NCBI GenBank assembly: GCA_964604995.1
Contig: CAZSAD010000017.1
Coordinates: 1 to 34,244, forward strand
Length of the DNA stretch: 34,244 nucleotides
From: an uncultured Methanosarcinales archaeon
GTDB taxonomy: Archaea; Nanobdellota; Nanobdellia; Woesearchaeales; JABMPP01
Reading direction: 5' to 3'
Positions 9,716-18,177 of the stretch are shown in pieces. How positions within the stretch are numbered: position 1 is the first letter of the stretch; each line of letters starts with the position of its first letter. The notes below the pieces were generated by a model. That model saw only the letters and a program-made list of their open reading frames with translations. It was not told where the DNA came from and made no database searches. Both the position numbers and the translations under genes were made by a program.

Positions 9716-10366
9716 ATGGCAGAAAAGATACCCTATGGAATGACTGTTGCACAGTATGAATTAAAGACTCAGTCTAATCCAGTTAATCTTAAGTTATTTT
9801 ATGTTATGCTCCATGAATGGATGATAGAAAAACAATACACAAATGATAAAGATCCCGACTTTCCAGAAATTATGTATGGTGAATGGAGACATCATGAAGG
9901 AAGAGAAGTATGGGCCAAATGGAGAATAAAATATGCACCGCAAGGCAATAAGTTCTATCGAAGAGTCCTTAATATTGATATTCACACAATACATTCTCAG
10001 CAAGTTGAAATTGTACAAGATAACAAAAAATTTAAACTTGATAAAGGAGAACTTTGGTTTTTCTGTCAAGCTATTTTAGAAGTAGACTATGAGAATAAAT
10101 GGAGAAATCATCCAATACTTAAAAATTTTTTAACAACATTTTGGAAAAGATTTATTTGGCATGATCTAGAAAAACACAAAGAAGAATTGTACAAAGATGC
10201 TTATGAATTACATAGTTTAGTAAAAGATTACTTACAAATAAGAAAAGAAGTTCAAAGCCTAAAATCATTCTGGCCAGCTAAAGGTTACAAAACAGATGAT
10301 TTGACAGAATCAGGTTCTTCAAAACCAATGCAAATTAGTAGTCCAGGTAGTGGCGGGCATCATTAA
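9716..10366 (+). CDS. Hypothetical protein (Trp/Tyr-rich)
   Basis: 216-aa ATG ORF with normal codon usage filling the intergenic space; no motif recognised. Confidence 0.75.
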   Translation: MAEKIPYGMTVAQYELKTQSNPVNLKLFYVMLHEWMIEKQYTNDKDPDFPEIMYGEWRHHEGREVWAKWRIKYAPQGNKFYRRVLNIDIHTIHSQQVEIVQDNKKFKLDKGELWFFCQAILEVDYENKWRNHPILKNFLTTFWKRFIWHDLEKHKEELYKDAYELHSLVKDYLQIRKEVQSLKSFWPAKGYKTDDLTESGSSKPMQISSPGSGGHH

Positions 10367-10392
10367 AAACTAGAAAAAAATATGAAAATATA

Positions 10393-10465
10393 AGCCCCCG
10401 GTGAGAGTTGCACTCACGACCTCCTGCTTACAAGGCAAGCGCAATAGCTACTATGCTACGGGGGC
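10393..10465 (-). tRNA. tRNA-Thr(UGU)
   Basis: GCCCCCG/CGGGGGC acceptor stem, anticodon arm CTTGC-CTTGTAA-GCAGG, T arm GTGAG-TGCAACT-CTCAC, discriminator T; no encoded CCA. Confidence 0.93.
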
Positions 10466-10515
10466 AGATTTTTTAAAAAAATCTGATAAAAAACAAAGGA
10501 AACAAAGTTTCCTAA
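10466..10515 (-). repeat. Double-hairpin element directly upstream of tRNA-Thr (copy 1)
   Basis: AGGAAAC-TTT-GTTTCCT, T-tract, then CAGATTTTTTTAAAAAATCT|G1; homologous to 14762-14810. Confidence 0.8.
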
Positions 10516-10701
10516 GATGATTTACTATAATGATTGATATATTATCAATTTATGTATAAATTTAGTGTAAAACCCCACTTTTTAAACCCTTTCAGAAATT
10601 ATCAAAAAATTATCAAAATCACATAAATTAAATTTTATCGCTTAGTAACAAAAATATATCATAACAAAAATAATTTAAACTCCTACTTCTAAAAAATAAG
10701 A

Positions 10702-11064
10702 ATGGTACAATTTGCTGAGTTATATCCTAAATTAGACAGTTTACATACTGCACTTCAAAGATTAAAAGAAGCACATGGTGAAGAAAGCCTTCTTATAAGA
10801 ACACAAGAAGAATTAGATGCGATAAATGATATTTTAGAAGGGATTTTAGAGCTTGAAACATTTTTGATAGATGTAAATAAAAGATTAGAACAAGGTTTAG
10901 AAGATGTTGAGTCCCAAGATCAAGTACTTAAAAGAAAATATCCATCAGAAACATTAGAAGGCCTAAAACAAAAAGTTAATTTATTGATAGAACAAAGCCA
11001 AAAATTATCACAGATATTAGAAGGCGAAGAAAAAGAAGAGTATAAAGAAATGAAAAGGTTATAA
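10702..11064 (+). CDS. Hypothetical coiled-coil protein
   Basis: 120-aa E/L/K-rich helical ORF; TATA-like TTTAAA about 25 nt upstream. Confidence 0.7.
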   Translation: MVQFAELYPKLDSLHTALQRLKEAHGEESLLIRTQEELDAINDILEGILELETFLIDVNKRLEQGLEDVESQDQVLKRKYPSETLEGLKQKVNLLIEQSQKLSQILEGEEKEEYKEMKRL

Positions 11065-11128
11065 TGAAATTATTCCAATAAAAATTCTAAAAATGAATAA
11101 AAATAAAACAAAGAAAATTTCTTAATTC

Positions 11129-11215
11129 TTAACATTCACACTTACAACCGCATCCTGACATTGACTTCTTTGCGACTGTTTTTTTGGTTGTTTTTTTAAC
11201 TGTCTTTTTGGCCAT
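11129..11215 (-). CDS. 28-aa Lys-rich microprotein with C-terminal CxCxCxC (MAKKTVKKTTKKTVAKKSMSGCGCKCEC)
   Basis: Manual translation; AGGAGGTGA SD 6 nt before the ATG; fills an otherwise empty gap; below the ORF-track length cut-off. Confidence 0.75.
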   Translation of the reverse strand: MAKKTVKKTTKKTVAKKSMSGCGCKCEC

Positions 11216-11389
11216 GAAAATTCACCTCCTAGGTAAATTGGTAAATGGACTTAATTGCACTATAAAAATATTATCTTTAACTAAAAGTATTACGGTAAAC
11301 ATATAAATTATAATGTATAACTTATTATATCCCATTAATATTGATATATTAAGGAAGAGTTTTTAAACCAACACTTTAAACTTAAGGTT

Positions 11390-11919
11390 ATGGCAGAAAA
11401 AAAAGATACTATGGAAAAAAAGGAATTTAAGAAAGTGTACGTAGAACTATCAAAAAAATACCAATTACCTGATTTTACAGCATTGGATAATGATTTTGAA
11501 ATCAGTGAAATAGAAAGTGAAAGATTTGGTTTAAGGGAAGTTAGAAGAAAAATTCATGATAAAATAGAAGGCATATGTAAAATATTAGATGGTATTTTAC
11601 AACCTGAAGCCACATTAAATAATATGTATGAATCAGGAGCATTTAATGATGAAGATAAAAAGATGAAATCAGATATAGAAATACTCATGGAAAGCNNNNN
11701 NNNNNTGTTTATCTTTTATATAAAGAATTGATGTCAATGAATAGGGCATCTTTAGTTTTAGAAATGCAAACACAAGAAGATCTTGATGCTAAATTTATTA
11801 ATGATTTCTTTAGTAAATGGAAGAGAATAAAAACTCAAACAGCTGAAATGTTTAAAAAAATGGAAGAAAGTTGGAAAAAAGAATCAGATATTGAAGAAAA
11901 GCTTGGCTATTTTGGTTGA
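11390..11919 (+). CDS. Hypothetical protein, probably one gene interrupted by an assembly gap
   Basis: Two ORF halves flank 10 Ns at 11696-11705. The frame after the gap (FIFYKELMSMNRA...KLGYFG) continues the N-terminal half. Confidence 0.65.
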
Positions 11920-11996
11920 TACTTGAAATTAAATTGATGTAATTAATAATTAGAATTATTGATAAGTTGATAATTAAATAAAATCAAGGTGGTAAT

Positions 11997-12632
11997 ATGC
12001 TAAGAATTATTCTAATTGGGCCACAAGGTAGCGGTAAAGGAACTCAAGCAGAAATGTTAATCAAAAATTTTCATATCCCTCAAATATCAACAGGAAATAT
12101 TTTAAGGGAAAATATGGAAAAATCAACTGAACTTGGAAAACTTGCAAAACAATATGTTAATGAAGGAAAGTTAGTTCCAGATGAAGTTGTTGCAAATATT
12201 ATCAAATCAAGACTTAAAGAAAAAGATACCAAAAATGGTTTCTTGCTTGATGGTTATCCAAGAAATTTAGTACAAGCAAATATTCTTAGTGAAATTACAG
12301 ATATTGATGCAGTTATTGAAATTAATGTTTCTGATAAGGAATGCATAAAAAGAATTTCAGGAAGAAGAACATGTAAATGTGGAGCAGTATATCATGTAAC
12401 TTACAATCCACCACAAAATCCTGAAATTTGTGATAAATGTGGATTAAAACTTTTTCAAAGAGAAGATGATTTAGAAGATTCAATAAAAAAGCGTCTTAAA
12501 ACTTATCACAGTGAAACAAAACCTTTAATAAAACATTATGGGGGAAAAAGTATTAACATAAACGGCGAACAAGCAATTGAAAGAGTATATGAACAAGTAA
12601 TTTTAGAACTTAAAAAAAGACAACTTGTTTAA
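11997..12632 (+). CDS. adk: Adenylate kinase (bacterial type, zinc LID)
   Basis: GPQGSGKGTQA, ISTGNILR, GFLLDGYPR, LID cysteines (TCKCG...CDKCG), QREDD. Confidence 0.95.
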   Translation: MLRIILIGPQGSGKGTQAEMLIKNFHIPQISTGNILRENMEKSTELGKLAKQYVNEGKLVPDEVVANIIKSRLKEKDTKNGFLLDGYPRNLVQANILSEITDIDAVIEINVSDKECIKRISGRRTCKCGAVYHVTYNPPQNPEICDKCGLKLFQREDDLEDSIKKRLKTYHSETKPLIKHYGGKSININGEQAIERVYEQVILELKKRQLV

Positions 12633-12690
12633 TTTATTGATTTAGGTTATTAATATTTAACTTAAAGATTAATTTAAAAAAATTGATAAA

Positions 12691-13407
12691 ATGAAAACTA
12701 AAGTAAAATTCAAAAGTAAAGAAGCTAAAATTTGTGGTATTTTAACAGTGCCTAAAAAAACAAAACTCAAAGATTTTTGTATGGTTTTTTGTCATGGTCT
12801 AAAAAGCAAAGGAAAATATGCTTCAAAAGTTGTTGCACTCACTAAATTATTAAATAAAAAAGGAGTTACGACATTTGCTTTTGATTTTTATGCCCATGGA
12901 GAAAGTGAAGGAGATTTTAGTAAATTAACACAAACAATTGCAAATAACAATCTTTTGGATGCAATAAAATTTCTAAAGAAAAAAGGGTATATTAGATTTG
13001 GATTATTTGGTTCAAGTTTTGGAGGAGCAACTGTTATATCAACTTCTCCAAAAATTAAAGAAAAATTATTTGTTTGCTTAAATGCGCCTTTAACAAATTA
13101 TAAAAAAACTTGGAAAAAATCCATCATGAAAAAATATGATATAGGGAATAATTTTGTTAGTGATGGTTTAAAATACAATATGTATAACTTTGCAAAAAAA
13201 ATTAATGTACCAACGTTAATTGTTAACGGTGATAAAGATACAACAACTCCGATTGATGGTGCAAAAAAACTCTTCAAAAATCTTTCTGGTGAAAAAATGC
13301 TTGTAATAATAAATGGTGCAAATCACAACTTTAGCGAAGATAAACATAGAGCAGATATGATAAATGCAATTCATAATTTTACAGTTTACAATTTGCCAAA
13401 GAAATAA
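12691..13407 (+). CDS. Alpha/beta fold hydrolase
   Basis: FCHG, FDFYAHGES, nucleophile elbow GSSFGG, GDKD acid and GANH histidine. Confidence 0.88.
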   Translation: MKTKVKFKSKEAKICGILTVPKKTKLKDFCMVFCHGLKSKGKYASKVVALTKLLNKKGVTTFAFDFYAHGESEGDFSKLTQTIANNNLLDAIKFLKKKGYIRFGLFGSSFGGATVISTSPKIKEKLFVCLNAPLTNYKKTWKKSIMKKYDIGNNFVSDGLKYNMYNFAKKINVPTLIVNGDKDTTTPIDGAKKLFKNLSGEKMLVIINGANHNFSEDKHRADMINAIHNFTVYNLPKK

Positions 13408-13453
13408 ATTTTGAATAGGATATAAAATAGTTCTGATAGTTTTAATTTTTTAG

Positions 13454-14485
13454 TTATCCAAAAATTGATTTTATGGCAACTGTTGCATAACTTCCATTTG
13501 GCAAAGAAAATTCTATTTTACATTTTTTCTTTTCAGAATTTAATTCGTCATCTTCAAAGCCTGAAACATGAATATCTGCCAAATCAACGAAAGCAAATCT
13601 TAGTCTTCCTTCACTACTAATTTCAGGTATTTCTTTTACAATAAAAGATCTTGTTGTTAAATTGTAATTTGATAGTTTATTGTTTACTGTATCTATTAAC
13701 CACTCATCTTCAATGTCCAGACCAAACCCCACAAGAGGAATCATTATTTCACTTGGCTTATCAGTTGGAAAATGCATCTCCCCTCTGCTATAATTTACAC
13801 TTTTGAATGCAGAGCAATTAGCTTCAATATATTCGGTTAAAATTTCATTGAAAATAAGACCTTGAATACTGTTTAGATAAATGCTGAGTATTTTTTTATC
13901 CATTACTCTTAATGCTCCAATAAAGTCTTTTGGATTTTTTAGCAAGATTTGCTCCATTTTCATCTTAGTATTATCATAATCATTGGAATTTTCTATAATT
14001 AATTCTACTGCTCCTTGAAAATCTCGCTTAAGTATTTTTAAACCAATTTCAATGTTGCTTGAAGAAAATCTTTGCTCATCAAAATAATTTGGGATAAATG
14101 TTACATCTTGCACATCTTCAGTTGAATTATCTAAATTTCTAACAACAATAGTAAATTTATTCCCATTGTGACTTCCAAGATTTACTCTTTCTTTTCCCTT
14201 ACCAAGAAAATTTATTTTTAATTTCTCTGTTGAAAAATCATTGATTTTTATGTTTGTCATAATTGAAATTACTTGCCCAGTTATTGCATTTTTATCTTTA
14301 TTTCCAGCATATCCAAATAATTTTCTTGGAAGTTTTAGTGTTTCAGATAATAAAAATATTGCATCTAAAGTATTAAGTCCATTTTTTTCCAATAAAAAAT
14401 ATTGATATGTTCCAGTTTTATCAAGTTCTAAATCAAATATTTCTTTTACAATAAAATCGGAGTTTAATTGTTTTATTTGATACAT
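13454..14485 (-). CDS. truD: tRNA pseudouridine(13) synthase TruD
   Basis: DFIVKE, YAGNKDKNAITGQ, GNKFTIVVR, PNYFDEQRF, FSLPNGSYAT. Confidence 0.93.
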   Translation of the reverse strand: MYQIKQLNSDFIVKEIFDLELDKTGTYQYFLLEKNGLNTLDAIFLLSETLKLPRKLFGYAGNKDKNAITGQVISIMTNIKINDFSTEKLKINFLGKGKERVNLGSHNGNKFTIVVRNLDNSTEDVQDVTFIPNYFDEQRFSSSNIEIGLKILKRDFQGAVELIIENSNDYDNTKMKMEQILLKNPKDFIGALRVMDKKILSIYLNSIQGLIFNEILTEYIEANCSAFKSVNYSRGEMHFPTDKPSEIMIPLVGFGLDIEDEWLIDTVNNKLSNYNLTTRSFIVKEIPEISSEGRLRFAFVDLADIHVSGFEDDELNSEKKKCKIEFSLPNGSYATVAIKSIFG

Positions 14486-14536
14486 AAAAAGTAATAAAGA
14501 GGAAAAGTTTTAAAGTGTTTGCAATACTTCGCCCAT

Positions 14537-14690
14537 ATATGAGTCCGGAAAACTTGGAGTTCGGAAGACTTGAGTAAAACGAAAGTCTTCCTTAAGTGCC
14601 GTGTCAACCGAGGCTCCAGTTGCGCTCGTAGCGCACTCATGGCAATGGTTTCGTCCATTGACACCGAAATGGAGCGTAAAGCTCCATATA
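14537..14690 (+). ncRNA. Candidate structured non-coding RNA of unknown class
   Basis: GC-rich island with at least six stems and a possible pseudoknot; begins about 25 nt after GAAAAG-TTTTAAAG (BRE/TATA, 14502-14515). Strand inferred from that promoter. Confidence 0.5.
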
Positions 14691-14761
14691 CTAAATTAAA
14701 ACAATATGTAAAACAAACATATTTATTTTTTGCGATAATGAATTATGAAATGAAAATCGCA

Positions 14762-14810
14762 CAAGGGAGTTTATCTCCCTTTTGTTTTTACCAGATTTTA
14801 CTAAAAATCT
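14762..14810 (+). repeat. Double-hairpin element directly upstream of tRNA-Arg (copy 2)
   Basis: AGGGAG-TTTAT-CTCCCT, T-tract, then CAGATTTTACTAAAAATCT|G1; homologous to 10515-10466. Confidence 0.8.
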
Positions 14811-14917
14811 GCGCTCGTAGCGCAGCCTGGAAGCGCGATAGCCTCCTATCTGCATTATCTATAGCAAAATGTAGGAAAGAAAGCTATAGGTCCGGGGTTC
14901 GAATCCCCGCGGGCGCG
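14811..14917 (+). tRNA. tRNA-Arg(CCU) with 33-nt intron at position 37/38 (14849-14881)
   Basis: GCGCTCG/CGGGCGC acceptor, GCGC D stem, ATAGC/GCTAT anticodon stem with CT-CCT-A, intron hairpin CTGCATT/AATGTAG, T arm CGGGG-TTCGAAT-CCCCG, discriminator G. Confidence 0.92.
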
Positions 14918-14949
14918 TTATTATCTAAAACTAAAATAAAAATAGAATA

Positions 14950-15264
14950 TTAAAGTAAATGAAGATAAAAAAGTCCATCGATAAATTTGCATTTACTTTC
15001 AATTTCTTCAAGTAAATCTGCAGCTTTAATCAAAGTATCGTTAGTTATTTCAGAGTTTTTCAAATTTTGAAGCATGATTAATTTTTCAGCTAACAATTTA
15101 GTTTGTACTGTTGCACCCATTCTAAATTCCAAACCTTCTATTTTCAAAAATTGTTCATCTATACTACTTATTAATCTTGTAATATCAGGATAATAAATAA
15201 TATCCATTGCTGATTTTTTATCTTTGTGTTCAACAATTTTTGTTAAGTAGTCGTAACTATTCAT
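14950..15264 (-). CDS. Hypothetical protein
   Basis: Helical ORF; start moved to MNSYDY (15264), which has a TTTATAAA box about 25 nt upstream. Confidence 0.6.
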   Translation of the reverse strand: MNSYDYLTKIVEHKDKKSAMDIIYYPDITRLISSIDEQFLKIEGLEFRMGATVQTKLLAEKLIMLQNLKNSEITNDTLIKAADLLEEIESKCKFIDGLFYLHLL

Positions 15265-15399
15265 AAGTAATGGTAAAAATGAAGATTTATAAATATTCTT
15301 AAAAAAAAGATGAGTATTCATCAAAATTTATAGTATCATCATATTTTTTATTGATATAATCTAAAAACAATTAAATAGTCAAATAGTATCACTTCTTTT

Positions 15400-15894
15400 A
15401 TGGAATATCTTGATATCGTAGATAAAAATGATAAAGTTCTTGGAAAAATTGAAAGAAATAAAGCTCATGAAAAACATATTCTTCACCGTGCTGTTCACAT
15501 TTTAATTTTTAACGATAAAAATCAAGTACTGCTTCAACTTCGTTCCAAGATAAAAAAGCAGTATCCTGGATATTGGATGGGTTCTGTTGGAGGACATGTC
15601 AGCGCTGGCAAAAAACCAGATTTAGTTGCAAAAAAAGAATTAAAAGAAGAATTAGGTATTGATGTACCCTTAAAATTTATTGGCAAATTCATAACTAGAG
15701 ATGAACATGATGATGAAAATGTTTATGCATATGTTGGAAAAAGTAATGGTCCATTTGTTAAAGATAATAGTGAAACTTCGAAGATTAAATTTTTTCATTA
15801 TCTTAAATTATTAAAAGAGGTCAATAAATTAAAAGCAACTCCACATTTGAAGAGTATTCTAAAACTTTCAAAGAAAAAATTATTCAGTAAATGA
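15400..15894 (+). CDS. NUDIX hydrolase (IPP isomerase type 1/YfcD-like)
   Basis: LHRAVHILIFN, LLQLRS..K..YPGYW..SVGGHV, Nudix box AKKELKEELGI. Confidence 0.85.
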   Translation: MEYLDIVDKNDKVLGKIERNKAHEKHILHRAVHILIFNDKNQVLLQLRSKIKKQYPGYWMGSVGGHVSAGKKPDLVAKKELKEELGIDVPLKFIGKFITRDEHDDENVYAYVGKSNGPFVKDNSETSKIKFFHYLKLLKEVNKLKATPHLKSILKLSKKKLFSK

Positions 15895-15948
15895 TATTTA
15901 TTAAAGAATGAAGGAAAATAATATATATCTAAGCGCAAACAAAATCTT

Positions 15949-17070
15949 ATGCTTCAACTAATTCACATCTCAGAAGGTTTAAGAATGTTTAAACGTTCTT
16001 TAATGATATCAGCAAAAGGATATAAACGTTATGAAGGTAGTGCTGAGCAAATTTTAAGACAAATAATTGATAATTGCTGGAATGAAAAAAAAGAGTATTT
16101 TCAAGTAAGCAAAGGCAACTATACTAACTTTTATTGTCGTGATTTTGGAATTGTTACTATTCCACTAATAGAATTAGGTTATAAAGATAAAGTCATTAAA
16201 ACATTGGAATATGCAATGAATTGTTATTATAAACATGGTAAAATAACTCAAGTAATATCTCCAAATGGAACTCCATTTGAATTTCCAAGTTTTGCTGCAG
16301 ATTCCTTACCATTTCTCCTCTTTAGTTTAAATCGTGCAAAAGCAAATCAGCTTATATCAAAATATAAAGAATTTTTAAATCAAGAAATTAGAAGATATTA
16401 CAAAATAGTTTTTGATGAAAAAACTAACCTTGTAAAAAAAGATCCGCATATTTCCGGAATGAAAGATTATGCTCTTAGAATTTCTCCATGCTACCATAAT
16501 TGTATGCTTGCTATGTTAAAAAATGAAATTGAAATTGCAAAACTAGATAATCCATTTAAAAAGTATGATTTTAATAAATTGATCAAAGAAAATTTTTGGA
16601 AAAATACACATTTTATTGATGATTTATCTGGAAATGATACAATAACAGGAGATGCTAATGTTTTTCCATTTTGGTGCAATGTTTTTGATGCAAAAAAAGA
16701 TAGGAAAATGCTTTGTTTAGTGATAAAAAAAATGCAAGAAAATGCACTTGATACACCATTACCTTTAAGATATTACCATAAAAAAATTAAAGAACATGAT
16801 ATGATATGGATAAATAAATTAAGCAAAGATTGGGAACATGATACTGTATGGCTCCATTTAGGAATGTGTTATTTAGATATTGTAAAAAAAGCAGATAAAA
16901 AATTATTGAAAAAATATCTTTTCTCATTAAAAGAATGGGTTGAAAAAAATGGTAATATGTATGAAGTATTAGAACCAAATGGAAAACCTTTAAAGAGCTT
17001 TTTTTATAAAGCTGATGATGGAATGATTTGGAGTGCGATATTACTTAATCATCTTTTAAATAACAAATAA
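15949..17070 (+). CDS. (alpha/alpha)6-barrel glycoside hydrolase-like protein
   Basis: FYCRDFG, ADSLP, SGMKD, DTVWLHLG, GNMYEV and WSA pattern typical of six-hairpin glycosidases. Confidence 0.7.
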   Translation: MLQLIHISEGLRMFKRSLMISAKGYKRYEGSAEQILRQIIDNCWNEKKEYFQVSKGNYTNFYCRDFGIVTIPLIELGYKDKVIKTLEYAMNCYYKHGKITQVISPNGTPFEFPSFAADSLPFLLFSLNRAKANQLISKYKEFLNQEIRRYYKIVFDEKTNLVKKDPHISGMKDYALRISPCYHNCMLAMLKNEIEIAKLDNPFKKYDFNKLIKENFWKNTHFIDDLSGNDTITGDANVFPFWCNVFDAKKDRKMLCLVIKKMQENALDTPLPLRYYHKKIKEHDMIWINKLSKDWEHDTVWLHLGMCYLDIVKKADKKLLKKYLFSLKEWVEKNGNMYEVLEPNGKPLKSFFYKADDGMIWSAILLNHLLNNK

Positions 17071-17095
17071 ATACTAGTGATTGTTAAATAAAAAA

Positions 17096-18145
17096 ATGGC
17101 ATTGATATTTTATGGTGTACAAGGTGAAGGATTAGGTCATGCTACTAGAAGCAAGACCTTAATAGAGCATTTACTTAGTAAAAAACATGAAGTTGTTATT
17201 TTTTGTGGCGGCAAAGCATATGATTATTTAACTAAACACTTTAACAATGTTATAAGAATAACTTCCCCTCATATTTTTTACACAAAAAATAGAGTAAGTA
17301 ATTTTCGAACATTTACTTTAAATCTAATAAAACTTCCAAGTTTTTTCAAGTCTTATTCTATTTTGAAAAAAAAAGTACAAGAAAGAAGACCCGATCTTAT
17401 TATAACTGATTTTGAACCAATAACAGCTTATTTTGCATGGTTAAATAAAATTAAAATAATATCTGTCGACAATCAACATGTGATAACTAAAAGTGAAGTT
17501 GAATTTCCAAAAAATAGAATATGGCAATTTAGAAAAACAAAAGAAGTAATTAATTTAATGGTGCCAAAAGCAGACAAATATATTTTAATAAATTTTTTTT
17601 ATACACAAACTAAATCAAAAGATTGTGTAGTTGTGATGCCAATTATTAGAAAAGAAATCTCTATGCTCAAACCAAAAAGAGAGGATTTTGTTTTAGTCTA
17701 TCAAACATCATATACAAATACAAATCTCCCCAAAACACTTGAAGCTTTAAATGAAAAAATGGTAGTATATGGCTACCATTCAGAAGGAGAATTTGGTAAA
17801 GTAAGATATATGAAATTTGATGAGAAACAATTTTTTAATGATTTTAAGAATTGCAAAGCTGTAATAACAAATGGTGGTCAAAGCCTTATATGCGAAGCAA
17901 TCTACTTAAAAAAGCCAATCTATTCTGTACCAATAAAAAATCAATTTGAGCAATTTATTAATGCTGAATACATCAAAAAATTTGGATTTGGTGAACACCA
18001 TAAAAAAGTTGAAGTACAAACTATGAAATCATTTTTAAGTAAACTAAATTATTATTATGAAAATCTAGATAAAACCCATATAATTGGTAACAAAGAACTT
18101 TTTGAAAATGTTGATTTAATGATATTAGAATTGGTAAAAAAATAG
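17096..18145 (+). CDS. GT-B glycosyltransferase (MJ1255/VC2487-like)
   Basis: YGVQGEGLGHATRS, PDLIITDFEP, SVDNQH, ITNGGQSLICEA, QFEQFINA; ATG at 17096. Confidence 0.88.
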   Translation: MALIFYGVQGEGLGHATRSKTLIEHLLSKKHEVVIFCGGKAYDYLTKHFNNVIRITSPHIFYTKNRVSNFRTFTLNLIKLPSFFKSYSILKKKVQERRPDLIITDFEPITAYFAWLNKIKIISVDNQHVITKSEVEFPKNRIWQFRKTKEVINLMVPKADKYILINFFYTQTKSKDCVVVMPIIRKEISMLKPKREDFVLVYQTSYTNTNLPKTLEALNEKMVVYGYHSEGEFGKVRYMKFDEKQFFNDFKNCKAVITNGGQSLICEAIYLKKPIYSVPIKNQFEQFINAEYIKKFGFGEHHKKVEVQTMKSFLSKLNYYYENLDKTHIIGNKELFENVDLMILELVKK

Positions 18146-18177
18146 ATTTGTGGGTTATTTTTTGTTTATTGATTTTA

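Noticed and set aside
11660..11731. Biological split or programmed frameshift of the 11390-11919 gene
   Set aside because: The break coincides with a 10-N scaffold gap, so an assembly artefact is the simplest explanation.
14537..14690. RNase P RNA, fluoride riboswitch, hammerhead, 5S rRNA or IS200/IS605 end
   Set aside because: Only fragments resemble these (GGAAAAC and AAGTGCC; GGCAATGG; GGACGAAAC on the minus strand; GTCAA). The required partner motifs (P4 3' strand, GATGAC pseudoknot, CTGATGA) and any transposase gene are absent.
14473..14953. ORFs 14473-14664 (-) and 14570-14953 (+)
   Set aside because: They overlap the structured RNA and tRNA-Arg, have atypical composition and non-ATG starts; by-products of high local GC.
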